Shown: positions 38,336-47,983 of the stretch, piece after piece
Layout of the letters: each line of letters opens with the position of its first letter
Position numbering within the stretch: the stretch's first letter is position 1
DNA from: Gloeobacterales cyanobacterium
GTDB taxonomy: Bacteria; Cyanobacteriota; Cyanobacteriia; Gloeobacterales; PMM-0068
Reading direction: 5' to 3'
Assembly: GCA_038245785.1 (NCBI GenBank)
Contig: JBBRSB010000025.1
Coordinates: 1 to 64,000 of the forward strand
Length of the DNA: 64,000 bases
The notes under the pieces: model-generated
The model's database searches: none
What the model saw: only the letters and a program-made list of their open reading frames with translations
What the model was told of the DNA's origin: nothing
Program-made: the position numbers and the translations under genes

Positions 38336-38627
38336 TACGCGGGCATCACATACAAAAACTATACGCGGGTATCACATACGGATCTGGAAATATACGCGGG
38401 CATCACATACAAAAAATGTACGCGGGTATCACATACGATTTACCTTTAGCCTTCTATTTATAAGCCTTTGGTCGATTGCCATTTTTCAATTTATACGCGG
38501 GCATCACATACGAAAACTATACGCGGGTATCACATACGGATCTGGAAATATACGCGGGCATCACATACGAAAATCGTACGCCGGTATCACATACGAAATT
38601 TCAAAATCGTACGCGGGTATCACATAC
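38336..38627 (+). repeat. Iteron array: nine 18-bp TACGCGGGYATCACATAC repeats (putative oriV)
   Basis: Starts at 38336, 38362, 38393, 38419, 38494, 38520, 38551, 38577 and 38610. Confidence 0.9.
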
Positions 38628-38739
38628 AAAACCCCTATATCTGGAGAAAATTTCTGAAGTTAGTTTGAACTCTGCACACGAAAAGTGTGGAATTTCAAGC
38701 TGCTCTGGTAGGATATCCCTAATTCATAAGGCACTATAT

Positions 38740-39852
38740 ATGGAACTAAGTAGGGATAGTGCATTTCCGGTTGATGGTCAGCTGCTCCGCGTATTGCCTA
38801 GAGCTGGAGCTTCGTTACGAAATCCTAATGTACGTCCACCTGTCTTAGGCTCCAATATAGAAGGGTACTACCTGGAAATAAGCATTGAGCCAGAGTCTTC
38901 AGACCCAGATGAGGTAATACTTACCCGGCGTATCCCTTTGGACCATCTATCTGAGAAGGAATTAGAAGAGCTGAAGCAAGAATATGCAAAGCTTGCTCTT
39001 AATCTGAAAGACCTCAAGTCCTTTATGGACCAAGGGCTTGCCAATAGTCTTGCTGATGTACAGGGGCGTGATGTCCAGAGAATTTTTACAACGCTGCTTA
39101 CCTTCCTGAATGTCCGCCAAGTAGCAATACTTCTAGACCTGTATCGAGAGGCCGCACGTCAGGGCAATGGCAGAGAGGTCCGTTTCCAGTCCAATGATCT
39201 CCTCGAAAGACTGGGCTATAAACGCACAGATAAGGGACCGTTCACCGCAAGGGTGCGCTCTCAATTACACAGAGATCTATTCGCTTTACATCGAACAGAA
39301 CTAGTGTTTGCTAGCCCGTTTAAGAATGGTCAAAAAGTAGGTGCTGACCTTGATTTAAAAAGTATCCTGCGCATCAAAAGATTCAAAGTAGATAACTTAC
39401 CCCGTGACTTTGATTCCACTAGAGCAGCAGACCGTTCTTTTGAAGCAGCCGATGAGTATACCGTCCATCTTGAATTTTTTGATGGACCTAGTGGGACAGG
39501 AGACTATGTACTATTTCCTAACACCATCGACATTAAACAAGACCAGACGAACAATTCTCGCAAAGAATATAAACTGCGTCTACTCATCTATTTAGCCAGT
39601 CGTATGAAATGGGATAAGACTCATCAATATAAGGGATGTTTAATTATTTCAAAGCAATTCCTATTTAAGCATTTAGACCTTTTAGGGAGAAACAACTCAA
39701 GGAATAATGAAATTCTTTGGAGGACCATAGAGGATTTGAAACAAGAAGGATATGTTTTGCAAGCTCAAGAATTACCTGGTAAGAAGAAAAGTCTAAATAT
39801 TGAGTTTCAAATTAATCCTGAAAAAATACGTTGGGAAAAGTCGGTCACTTAG
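38740..39852 (+). CDS. Putative iteron-binding replication initiator (winged-helix-like)
   Basis: Lies immediately downstream of the iterons; basic, with SNDLLERLGY and ILWRTIEDLKQEGYV wHTH-like segments; the ORF extension to 38476 only translates the repeats. Confidence 0.55.
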   Translation: MELSRDSAFPVDGQLLRVLPRAGASLRNPNVRPPVLGSNIEGYYLEISIEPESSDPDEVILTRRIPLDHLSEKELEELKQEYAKLALNLKDLKSFMDQGLANSLADVQGRDVQRIFTTLLTFLNVRQVAILLDLYREAARQGNGREVRFQSNDLLERLGYKRTDKGPFTARVRSQLHRDLFALHRTELVFASPFKNGQKVGADLDLKSILRIKRFKVDNLPRDFDSTRAADRSFEAADEYTVHLEFFDGPSGTGDYVLFPNTIDIKQDQTNNSRKEYKLRLLIYLASRMKWDKTHQYKGCLIISKQFLFKHLDLLGRNNSRNNEILWRTIEDLKQEGYVLQAQELPGKKKSLNIEFQINPEKIRWEKSVT

Positions 39853-39987
39853 AGTACATCAGCATCGCGCTTTGTGCGTTGAAGCTTTGGTGGGCGCTCG
39901 CTAGGCTGAAGTGAGGAACGGTTAACAATCAGCACATTTTTGAGGGTTTGGGCAGTTAATCCAAAATGTTTAAAGTAGAGTCGAAAA

Positions 39988-40797
39988 ATGATACAAGACA
40001 AGTTGCCAGAAAAAGTCTTAGATTGGTGCAAAACAAACGAATGGTCAGAACCATTTCGCCAAGATGGGCTGTACTGGGGTTTTGCTCTTGGCTCAGTTAT
40101 TCCACTGCCACTGCCCCTTCCACAAAAATCTCATGAAAGGTACTTTTTAAATCAATACGCGGAATCAATAAAGACTGATCCTACCTGTAAATTTCTCGCT
40201 GAAAGCTTTCCAACGGATTTTGCAGCCTGGTTGCTCAGTGAACGAATAGCCCTAATGCCACTTGGTTTAAGTGAACTGAGTTCGCAATATATTGAAGCAG
40301 ATTCATCAGTTTTGCTGGATTCAGACAAGGTGCTTTTGCACATCGAATTTTATGTCGAACCAGACCCTTGGATTCCTTTCAAGATGATAGATTACCACCT
40401 GAGAATCCACCACTGTTTCCCTGAAAAACAAATGCGCCAATTCGTCATATATTTAGCTCCTACAGATTCTGATCTCGTTCACCAGACTGTGTTTGAGACT
40501 GAGAAGATGCGGCACGAATTTCAGGTTATCCGTCTCTGGGAGCAGTCCACTCAAGCCTTTCTAGAATTGACGGGATTATTACCCTTGGCTGTGCTCACAC
40601 AGACCTCAGACAAGGCGCAAACTCTGAGACAAGTGGCATCACGGATTGATGCAATTCCAGAAATGCTTATTCAGAGTAATGTGGCCGCATCTGTCTCGAT
40701 TCTTGCTGGGTTAACTCTGGAAAGAGACTTTATCAATCAAGTTCTACAGAAGGAAATCATGCAGCAGTCTGTAATTTATCAAGAAATGCAGAGATGA
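39988..40797 (+). pseudogene. Rpn-family (PD-(D/E)XK) protein fused to an unrelated N-terminal piece, C-terminally truncated
   Basis: DPTCKFLAESFPTDFAAWLL, ADS..LHIEF and IRLWEQ motifs; stops at QSVIYQEMQR without the DUF4351 tail. Confidence 0.7.
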
Positions 40798-40893
40798 AGA
40801 CTTTCAAGAAGAAGCCCAAGCTAGAGAAAGCGGCTACAGTGCCTGAGTCATGTGTTTGCTATGATTTGACCCATTCCTTCACTTTGCACGCTC

Positions 40894-41754
40894 GTGCCTA
40901 AAGTAGCAGATATCGGCGGTAAACGACTCATCAGTCTCGCTCCAGACACCTGGGTGCAGTGGGTCACTCAATCTTCTGACGTCATTACCCGTGAAATTCT
41001 GAACTCCGAATTTCAATGGGTTAGTCGCCAAAATGACGTCCTGGTAAAGGCATTTAGTCCTCAACATGGTGAGTTTTTGATTCTCAATGAGCTTCAGCTT
41101 CGTTATACAAAAAATATGCCTCGCAGGATGAGAGCCTATGCAGCTTTGGCTGAAGAAAGATATAGCCTACCAACCTATCCCGTCTTGGTGAATATTTTGC
41201 CGCCAGCCTCTACCGTGATGATTAGCGATCGGTTTGAGGCTGATTTTCTCGGTCTTCAGGCTCGGCAGGATTATCGAGTTATCAACTTGTGGCAAGTCGA
41301 TGCGTCCATTGTTTTTGACCGATCCATCTCGACGCTTTTGCCGTTTGTACCTGTGTTGCAAGGCGGTGGTGAACCTGAAGTGGTTCAAAGAGCCGTGCAA
41401 CAGCTAAGGTTGGATGAATCCTTGAGTGAATTGGAACCATTGCTAGGATTCTTTGCTAGCTTTGTTTTAGATACGGAATTGGTCAGTCAAATTCTTAGGT
41501 AGGATATGGCAGTATTACGCGAGTCGCCTTGGTATCAAGAAATTCGGCAGGAAGGCGAGGATAGGGGCATTCTCAAAGGCAAACAATCGCTCATCCTCCG
41601 CCTGCTCACGCGCCGCATTGGTGGCGTGGCTCCAGCTTTGCAAGACCAGGTTCAAGCCTTATCGCTCGCTCAGCTTGAGGCTTTGGGGGAAGCTCTGTTG
41701 GATTTTTCGGACCCCGCAGACTTGGTGAAGTGGCTAGACGCATACTCTGCATAG
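40894..41754 (+). pseudogene. Rpn-family/DUF4351 gene split by an in-frame TAG at 41500-41502
   Basis: NELQLRY..RMRAYAAL; ..QILR-TAG-DMAVLRESPWYQEI..LEALGEALLDF continues in the same frame. Confidence 0.85.
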
Positions 41755-41782
41755 ATGTTACAGATTATCGATAGCTTCCAAG

Positions 41783-42463
41783 TCAGCCTAAACCACTAAA
41801 GGGGAAAGAATAGGGAAGGGTGGGAGACAATCCAGGTAGACGCCAAACATAGATTTCCCCGTAGAAGGTAGCTTGCTCCATCGCTACTTTTTCCCCCGCA
41901 AAAAGCCCAGCAGTGAAGGCTCTTGCTCGGTCTCCAGCAAAAAGTCTCTCTGCTACTACATCTAGGGCCAATCTCTCCTCGTTGAGAAACAGGACAAGCG
42001 CTTCTGCATCTTCTCTGGGAGTTTCCTCATAGACTTTTTCGAGCCATTCTTTAAGACTGACTGGATGATATTTTTTGGTAGATTTCTCTTTCTCAGGCTT
42101 TTCTTCTAGAGCTGGAAAGGCGACAAAAGCAGGCGGATCGCAGAGGTCAACTAAGCTAGAGTGGTCCGTACTCTTGCGGGTAAGTTCAGAGAAAATATCC
42201 CAAATCTCTTGGCTGGTGGCAGCTTTCGGACCTTCGACCAGAATCGTCCACTTGAGACGCCATAGTTTAGCGAGTTCGAGGATAGTATCTCCAGCATCCT
42301 CTAGATTCTCTGTTTGCCACTTAATCGCATCTATTCTGGTCAATACCTCAGAGAAGGGTAATTCATCCCCTATCTCTATCTCCAGACTCATCAGATATTC
42401 TTTCAGGTCCTGGATCTGGTAGATCATGGATAGGGCATGGTCGGACGGGGCAATATCGCTCAT
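41783..42463 (-). CDS. Hypothetical protein (start uncertain)
   Basis: Long acidic ORF overlapping the 3' end of the upstream gene. Confidence 0.5.
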   Translation of the reverse strand: MSDIAPSDHALSMIYQIQDLKEYLMSLEIEIGDELPFSEVLTRIDAIKWQTENLEDAGDTILELAKLWRLKWTILVEGPKAATSQEIWDIFSELTRKSTDHSSLVDLCDPPAFVAFPALEEKPEKEKSTKKYHPVSLKEWLEKVYEETPREDAEALVLFLNEERLALDVVAERLFAGDRARAFTAGLFAGEKVAMEQATFYGEIYVWRLPGLSPTLPYSFPFSGLG

Positions 42464-43226
42464 GAGCGAATCGGGTTTGTTCGAGAATTGTGATGTTGAA
42501 CTCACTGAGTACCCCCTCAATCCATTTTTTAATCGGCTTCGGCCCTACTCCAAAAAAATGCTTAGTTCTCTGGTCGATGCGATAGCGGTTAGACCATAGT
42601 TCTACACTAGCGGAGTGAGAGACGCCATCCACCCGGCCATTGCTGGTGTAAATCTGAGCAAACCCCACCAGCCGGAATTTGGTCAGTTTATTGTTTTCTG
42701 GCAACTCCTCTAGTTGGCTCTGCTCTTCATTCCGCTCAAATATCCGGAGTAGTTCCTTACGGTACTGAGCATCGGTCTCGGTTTCTTCTGTGGAGCATTG
42801 GAGGTCGATAATCAAATGCTCAAGAAGCTGGAGAAACTTCTCAAATTCAGAGGGTTCCAGGTCTCCGTTCTCTACCCAGGTGGAACCCCTTTTTTGGAGG
42901 ACGGGCAGAGCGCGGTTCAGTTTGACCGCATCGAGCCATTTCATTTCCTGGGGAAGAATAGCTTTTACTTCTTCTACCTTGGAAACCGTCCGCTGGTCAC
43001 GGTATCGTTGTAGACGTTTGAGGCGATTTTTAGCGTCATAGCGCCTGTTGTAGCATTTGGAATCATCCCAGCAGGAATATTTCAGTTTGGCTTCGGCAGC
43101 CTTGATTTTGCAGCAGGCTTGGCAGGGGAAATTGGCTTTTTTCTTGCGGGCATGGGGGAGGACCTGGACCCCTTGGCTTGAAGTAAGGATGTTGGGGGAT
43201 TCAGCTTTGGATATGGGGTCATTCAT
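42363..43226 (-). CDS. Hypothetical Cys-cluster protein divergent from the integrase
   Basis: CQACC..CWDDSKCYNRR and CPVRPCP. Confidence 0.55.
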   Translation of the reverse strand: MNDPISKAESPNILTSSQGVQVLPHARKKKANFPCQACCKIKAAEAKLKYSCWDDSKCYNRRYDAKNRLKRLQRYRDQRTVSKVEEVKAILPQEMKWLDAVKLNRALPVLQKRGSTWVENGDLEPSEFEKFLQLLEHLIIDLQCSTEETETDAQYRKELLRIFERNEEQSQLEELPENNKLTKFRLVGFAQIYTSNGRVDGVSHSASVELWSNRYRIDQRTKHFFGVGPKPIKKWIEGVLSEFNITILEQTRFAHERYCPVRPCPIHDLPDPGPERISDESGDRDRG

Positions 43227-43475
43227 AGCTTGTCTGTTTAGGAGTTTCAGGCAGTTGAGGCTTTCTGGGAGTGATAATTTTGGAGGTGACACGCCATCCA
43301 AAATCGTGTGATTCACAGCAGAATTTACAGTTAAAAACTCAATATAAAGCTGAATTATATCGGATATTTGTCGGAGAAATTGGAGACCGGACCAAGGTAA
43401 ATAGTTGGTTATGAGAAGCGGTATTCTCAACACTATCTGCTAATATTATGCACAACTGTTCATATTTTATTTTCA

Positions 43476-44432
43476 ATGAGTATTTCTACTCAAATCCAAT
43501 ACATTCCCGCTCGTAAAGCTTCTTTGGATCTGCTCCAAGATGTTTCCCTAAACAGGCATCCCGTTGTCGTTTATCTGGCTCGTCTATCCCCTGGTTCCGT
43601 CCGGACCATGCTCGGTGCCCTGAATACGATGGCCGAAATCCTCAGTTCTGGTCGTCACCATGCCCTTACCCTTGATTGGTCTCAGATTACCCACCATGAA
43701 ACAGACCTCCTAGCCAGCCAATTGAGACTCCGATACGCACCCGCTACCGTCAATAAATTCCAGGCCGCGCTCAAGGGTTGCTTAAAACAATACTGGCGGT
43801 CTGGAATGATAACGGACCAGCAATATCATCGGGCCGTTGATGTTCCTTCTGCCCGTGGCACAAGTCCCCCCAAAGGACGAGCCCTTAGAGAGGAAGAAAT
43901 CCAGACCCTCTTTGCCTATTGCGCTGGGGATACCCCCTGTCAAATCCGCGACCGTGCACTCCTCGCTATCCTCTACGGAGGGGGTCTGCGTCGGGCTGAA
44001 GCTGCTGCTGCGATGGTGGAAGATTATGACCTTGTGACCGGAGCCCTCAAAATAATGCATGGGAAGGGGGACAAATACCGGATGGTCTACCTTGCAGGGA
44101 ACCTTCATCTCAGTCTAGTTCGCTGGTTAGACCTGCGCAGTCCTATCCCAGGCCCTCTGTTGCTGAGAGTAAAAGGGGGTCAGGTTCTGCCCTATCCGAT
44201 AACCCCCCAAGCTATTTTGAAGATTCTCCAAAGATTGGCTGAAAAAACTGAAGTAGACAGTTTCTCCCCCCATGATTTGAGGCGGACTTTCATTACCGAA
44301 TTGATTGCCCGAGGAGGGGATCTGTTCTCTGTCCAGGGCCTCGCGGGACATGCCGACGTTAAAACTACAGCACGCTATGACCGAAGGGGAGAAGAAGCTA
44401 AGCGGAAGACCGCAGCGCTCCTCGATGTATAA
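43476..44432 (+). CDS. Tyrosine recombinase (XerC/D-like, not IntI)
   Basis: RDRALLAILYGGGLRRAE, GKGDK, HDLRRTF and AGHADVKTTARY catalytic motifs. Confidence 0.95.
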   Translation: MSISTQIQYIPARKASLDLLQDVSLNRHPVVVYLARLSPGSVRTMLGALNTMAEILSSGRHHALTLDWSQITHHETDLLASQLRLRYAPATVNKFQAALKGCLKQYWRSGMITDQQYHRAVDVPSARGTSPPKGRALREEEIQTLFAYCAGDTPCQIRDRALLAILYGGGLRRAEAAAAMVEDYDLVTGALKIMHGKGDKYRMVYLAGNLHLSLVRWLDLRSPIPGPLLLRVKGGQVLPYPITPQAILKILQRLAEKTEVDSFSPHDLRRTFITELIARGGDLFSVQGLAGHADVKTTARYDRRGEEAKRKTAALLDV

Positions 44433-44697
44433 AGGGCTAAAGATAGCGTTGATAACGGTAAATTGAGTTTCCATGCCCCAGACCTAGCTGTATTGCTAGC
44501 CGAGCATACACTGAGTATATTTACCCGATTTGATTACGCGAACGCCTAGATAAATTGTATCGAACTACACATACGTTTCTAGTTTGTCTCCAGTACCGTA
44601 TACCTAGTTTTCTCAATATTAATTACATAAATACCTGTCTGTGCTGTCTATCCTTACAACTCGAGTGATATTTTCCCCTTGGAGATATCCAGAAGCT

Positions 44698-44716
44698 GTC
44701 TAATCACTGGTTAGGC
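44698..44716 (+). other. attI-like site
   Basis: GTCTAAT-CACTG-GTTAGGC: L box, 5-bp spacer and GTTRRRY, the same geometry as attI1. Confidence 0.6.
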
Positions 44717-44828
44717 TAGAGAAATGTTCAGGTGCCTCGTGAAATTCATCGTAATTCACAGATATTCCGATGACCTAAATTCGATTCCGTAGCTACCTTG
44801 TCGATTCTTTCTTATAGTGAGACTAACA

Positions 44829-45617
44829 ATGGCAAATCCAAATGTAGCGTTCTATGTGACAGCCCATCAGGACGACTGGCAGTTCTTCCGTGGCGAACAG
44901 GCTTACCAAGACTTGACTACAGGCGACACGAGGATAGTTTTCATCTACACGACTGCCGGCGACGACAAGATGCTTCCTGGCTGGTGGGAGGCCAGAGAGA
45001 AAGGGGCCATTGCTTCGATTCGCAAAGCGATTCCAGCAGCACCCTTATTGTTCAATACGGCGGACATTAACGGACACCGAATCGCAAAATTTAGCTGCGG
45101 CAACAGCGTCAGTTATTGTCTTCGCCTTCCAGACAATGATGCCCCCAACTCCCTTGAGAACTTAAGGGCGGGAGTTATTAGCTCACTCCGTTCTGTCGAC
45201 GATTCAGCGGTCTACAGAGACTGGGAGGACTTTGTATTTACACTCAAAGCAATCCTGGCCATTGAAACACTGGGAGGGAACAACGCTCATCCGTGGGTTA
45301 ATGCACCCGATTACAACGCCACAAGAAATCCCGGCGACCACGCTGACCACAAGGCAACCGCAGACGCCCTACAAACGTTCGTCTCAGAATTTTACAACCG
45401 AGCTTGGTGGGCAACGTATGATACCAGCAATAGGTCGCCCAATCTGTCGGGATCTCGTCTGGCTCAGAAGCGTGCAATGTTTGATGCCTACTCGAACGAG
45501 GTACTCTCCCAGACGACCGCAAATGGTGTTCCACACAGTCCCAATGAAACCGAATGGAATTGGTGGGGAGATAAGAGTTACGTTACGCTCAGAGCTTTTA
45601 ATACTGATGATGATTAA
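44829..45617 (+). CDS. PIG-L/LmbE-family deacetylase (cassette 1)
   Basis: TAHQDD, YTTAGD, RLPD and DHADH motifs. Confidence 0.85.
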   Translation: MANPNVAFYVTAHQDDWQFFRGEQAYQDLTTGDTRIVFIYTTAGDDKMLPGWWEAREKGAIASIRKAIPAAPLLFNTADINGHRIAKFSCGNSVSYCLRLPDNDAPNSLENLRAGVISSLRSVDDSAVYRDWEDFVFTLKAILAIETLGGNNAHPWVNAPDYNATRNPGDHADHKATADALQTFVSEFYNRAWWATYDTSNRSPNLSGSRLAQKRAMFDAYSNEVLSQTTANGVPHSPNETEWNWWGDKSYVTLRAFNTDDD

Positions 45618-45715
45618 TCGCGACTTAGGCAATTTTGCCGGTGGATAGACAAACAGAGCCGTAGCCGTTGGGGTGCGGAACGAACCCCGCAATTTCCAAC
45701 CAACAAAACAAACTG

Positions 45716-45784
45716 GCCTAACAAACCGTTCGAGCGGACGCGGGCGATAAAGTCGCCCGCGTCCGCTCAACGCTGGCGTTAGAC
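45716..45784 (+). other. attC site 1
   Basis: R'' GCCTAAC, L'' GTTCGAGC (extra base), perfect 11-bp central stem, L' GCTCAAC, R' GTTAGAC. Confidence 0.92.
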
Positions 45785-45885
45785 CGCCTAAGGTGCCTGT
45801 AAGGACTTAGCCAAAGGATATTTGTGGAGTGCTCGGTTCAAGTCACGAAGTTATAGAATTACCATCATTATGGCTGGGAAAAATT

Positions 45886-47229
45886 ATGGCTGGGAAAAAG
45901 CTCCTGCACTTTATTAGCAAAGTGGCCACTTTTCTGTTTGCTTTGCTATTTACTTTAAATTACTTGAGTTCTAACGCTCAGGCTCAGGTTAGTGATGCAG
46001 ACCTAATTCAACTACGCTCAAGTATTCATTCATGGGCTAGGGATTTTGTTTGCGAGGGTATTACACCTACCAAAAAACCCAGCAACTGCCCAGACAAAGG
46101 CGGCCCAGATAACGGTGGTTCTGAGGTTGGCGACTCAATATTATTTAGCTCACTCCTTTGCTACAGCGTTGAAAACTGGGCATGCCAAAATATTCCTGCA
46201 TCTAAGGATGAGCAAGGTGGTATGTGGAGATCACCGCAGAGACTACGTAGTCGGAGCGATGGAAGCTGGGGTAATGCCCGCTTTTCACAAGACCACATGA
46301 TAGGTGTTTTGTTATATCTGGTGACTGAGTACAACAGAGGAAATGTTGAGTCGGCTCGATCCTTCGCCAATCACTGGGGATCTTGGATGGCTAATCATCT
46401 TTCACAAGGTGAGTTCTCTCTGTGTGATTGGGATTGGACTGACCTAGAGGCGATGGATTCATGTGCTTTGGAGGGCGACATTTTTGGTGCTCGTGCCGCG
46501 ATGATTCGGCGAGTCTTCGACCATATTGGAGCCAATTCGCCTGAAAGGCGTTGGCGAGTTGGTGGAATTATTCCAACTTGGAGATCATATCGTCTCGGTG
46601 ATAGACGTGATCCTCATGATTATCTTGGTTATCTAAATAATATTTGTGCTTTGGCTCCAAGCAGGGGTAAGAAATTTAATTGTCACTTGCCGAGTGTCAC
46701 TTCTTTGATCTTTCAAGAAATGGGAGATAACCAGAGGTTAGGGAGTATAGATGAAGGATTTAGAGAAAATCCATTTGTCTTGTGGGTAAACAACGGTCGG
46801 CAAGCAAACAATCAAATTCGTAAGCTCACGTTAGATCGCTGTACAGTTGCTGATGCAGCTCATAGAAGTGGAAGTAATACACACCAACAATGGGCTTGGG
46901 AACGTTCTCAATTTGAAGCCACACCGCCTTGGAGAAACTCCTTCGGTTGGGATTGTGTTACGATGATTAATTTGCTAAAGCCAAACCCCTCAGTACGAGC
47001 ACATCAAGTTATCGGTAATAGTGGCTGGACTGGGTCTATTGCTGTTGATGATGGATATGTTTACCTGGCAACAAGTGAAGGACAGTTGAGAAGGGGTAGA
47101 ATTTCCTCTTCAGTTGTAACTGAACTAATTGGCAATGGTGGCTGGATTGGGTCTATTGCTGTTGATGATGGATATGTTTACCTGGCAACAAGTGAAGGAC
47201 GGTTGCTGCGTGGGCGTGTTAATCCCTAA
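45886..47229 (+). CDS. Secreted Cys/Trp-rich hypothetical protein with two C-terminal beta-propeller-like repeats (cassette 2)
   Basis: Signal peptide ending AQA; duplicated IGNxGWxGSIAVDDGYVYLATSEGxLxRGR. Confidence 0.7.
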   Translation: MAGKKLLHFISKVATFLFALLFTLNYLSSNAQAQVSDADLIQLRSSIHSWARDFVCEGITPTKKPSNCPDKGGPDNGGSEVGDSILFSSLLCYSVENWACQNIPASKDEQGGMWRSPQRLRSRSDGSWGNARFSQDHMIGVLLYLVTEYNRGNVESARSFANHWGSWMANHLSQGEFSLCDWDWTDLEAMDSCALEGDIFGARAAMIRRVFDHIGANSPERRWRVGGIIPTWRSYRLGDRRDPHDYLGYLNNICALAPSRGKKFNCHLPSVTSLIFQEMGDNQRLGSIDEGFRENPFVLWVNNGRQANNQIRKLTLDRCTVADAAHRSGSNTHQQWAWERSQFEATPPWRNSFGWDCVTMINLLKPNPSVRAHQVIGNSGWTGSIAVDDGYVYLATSEGQLRRGRISSSVVTELIGNGGWIGSIAVDDGYVYLATSEGRLLRGRVNP

Positions 47230-47362
47230 AAGTGTTTAGGATCGCAAACAAAATAACATCCTCATTTCAAAACCTAAATATGTTGCGGTGGGCGAAGTTC
47301 GTCGTAACGTATTTGGGTTTTATTTAATTTGTGATCCTTACAGCAATTACTAGTCGTGTGCG

Positions 47363-47437
47363 GTCTAACAACCTGGCTGGAGCGGACTGTTGAGGGATAT
47401 TGGTGTTACTTGCAGCCGCTCAGCCAGAACGTTAGCC
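47363..47437 (+). other. attC site 2
   Basis: R'' GTCTAAC, L'' GCTGGAGC, L' GCTCAGC, R' GTTAGCC. Confidence 0.85.
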
Positions 47438-47557
47438 GCTACGCCTCTATCCGTCTTTCTGCTTCGTTTTGAGTCTTTTTGGTTGACTCGTTTGTAGATT
47501 TTACATAAGGGCACCTCGAAAAATTGATTTGACTCCCAAAATCGATGGCTGAAAGGG

Positions 47558-47983
47558 GTTGTAAGCCCAAACCGGCGGAATTTGTCCAGCTCACCAAAAG
47601 TCAGGCTTTTGAACTGCCCCCTGCTTGTGCAGTTCGCCGACCATCTGAGCACCACTATGCACTCCACGGATTGATGATGGCGACGCCGGACGCTTCGAAG
47701 GGGGCCGCGTGATGCCACGATGAAGCCCCGCGAGGCTGCAATTGCGGCGATGTACCCATCAGGCGTTGGGAAGCCTCGCCCGCTAGTCTTGGCCATCACG
47801 ACCAGCTCGGCATAGCGCCGTGCTGCACTGGTGTCGAATGGCAGCACCTGCACTTCCTTGGACACTAAGCATTCCGCGACAAACGGAGACCGATTGATTT
47901 GGAAGCTATTTTGGCTGAGATTGACTGGGAGTAGCTAACGATTTGGCCTGTTTGGACGAATTCCGCCGGTTTGGGCTTACAAC
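47558..47983. mobile_element. IS-derived remnant bounded by 31-bp inverted repeats
   Basis: GTTGTAAGCCCAAACCGGCGGAATTTGTCCA at 47558-47588, inverted copy (1 mismatch) at 47953-47983. Confidence 0.65.
47655..47850 (-). pseudogene. VapC/PIN toxin fragment, frameshifted
   Basis: VLPFDTSAARRYAEL..DGYIAAIAASRGFIVASR, then APFEASGVAIINPW in another frame. Confidence 0.8.

Noticed and set aside
38336..38627. Possible CRISPR array
   Set aside because: The repeats are 18 bp with mostly 8-15 bp spacers that themselves recur, there are no cas genes, and the array lies between rep-like genes, so iterons fit better
38476..38739. N-terminal extension of the Rep-like ORF
   Set aside because: It merely translates the iterons from a non-ATG start; ATG 38740 is more plausible
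43476..44432. Integron integrase intI
   Set aside because: It lacks the IntI-specific insertion and is oriented toward the array, so it is called Xer-like
47365..47865. 166-aa ORF as an intact VapC
   Set aside because: It is a chimera of a frameshifted PIN fragment with IR and attC sequence
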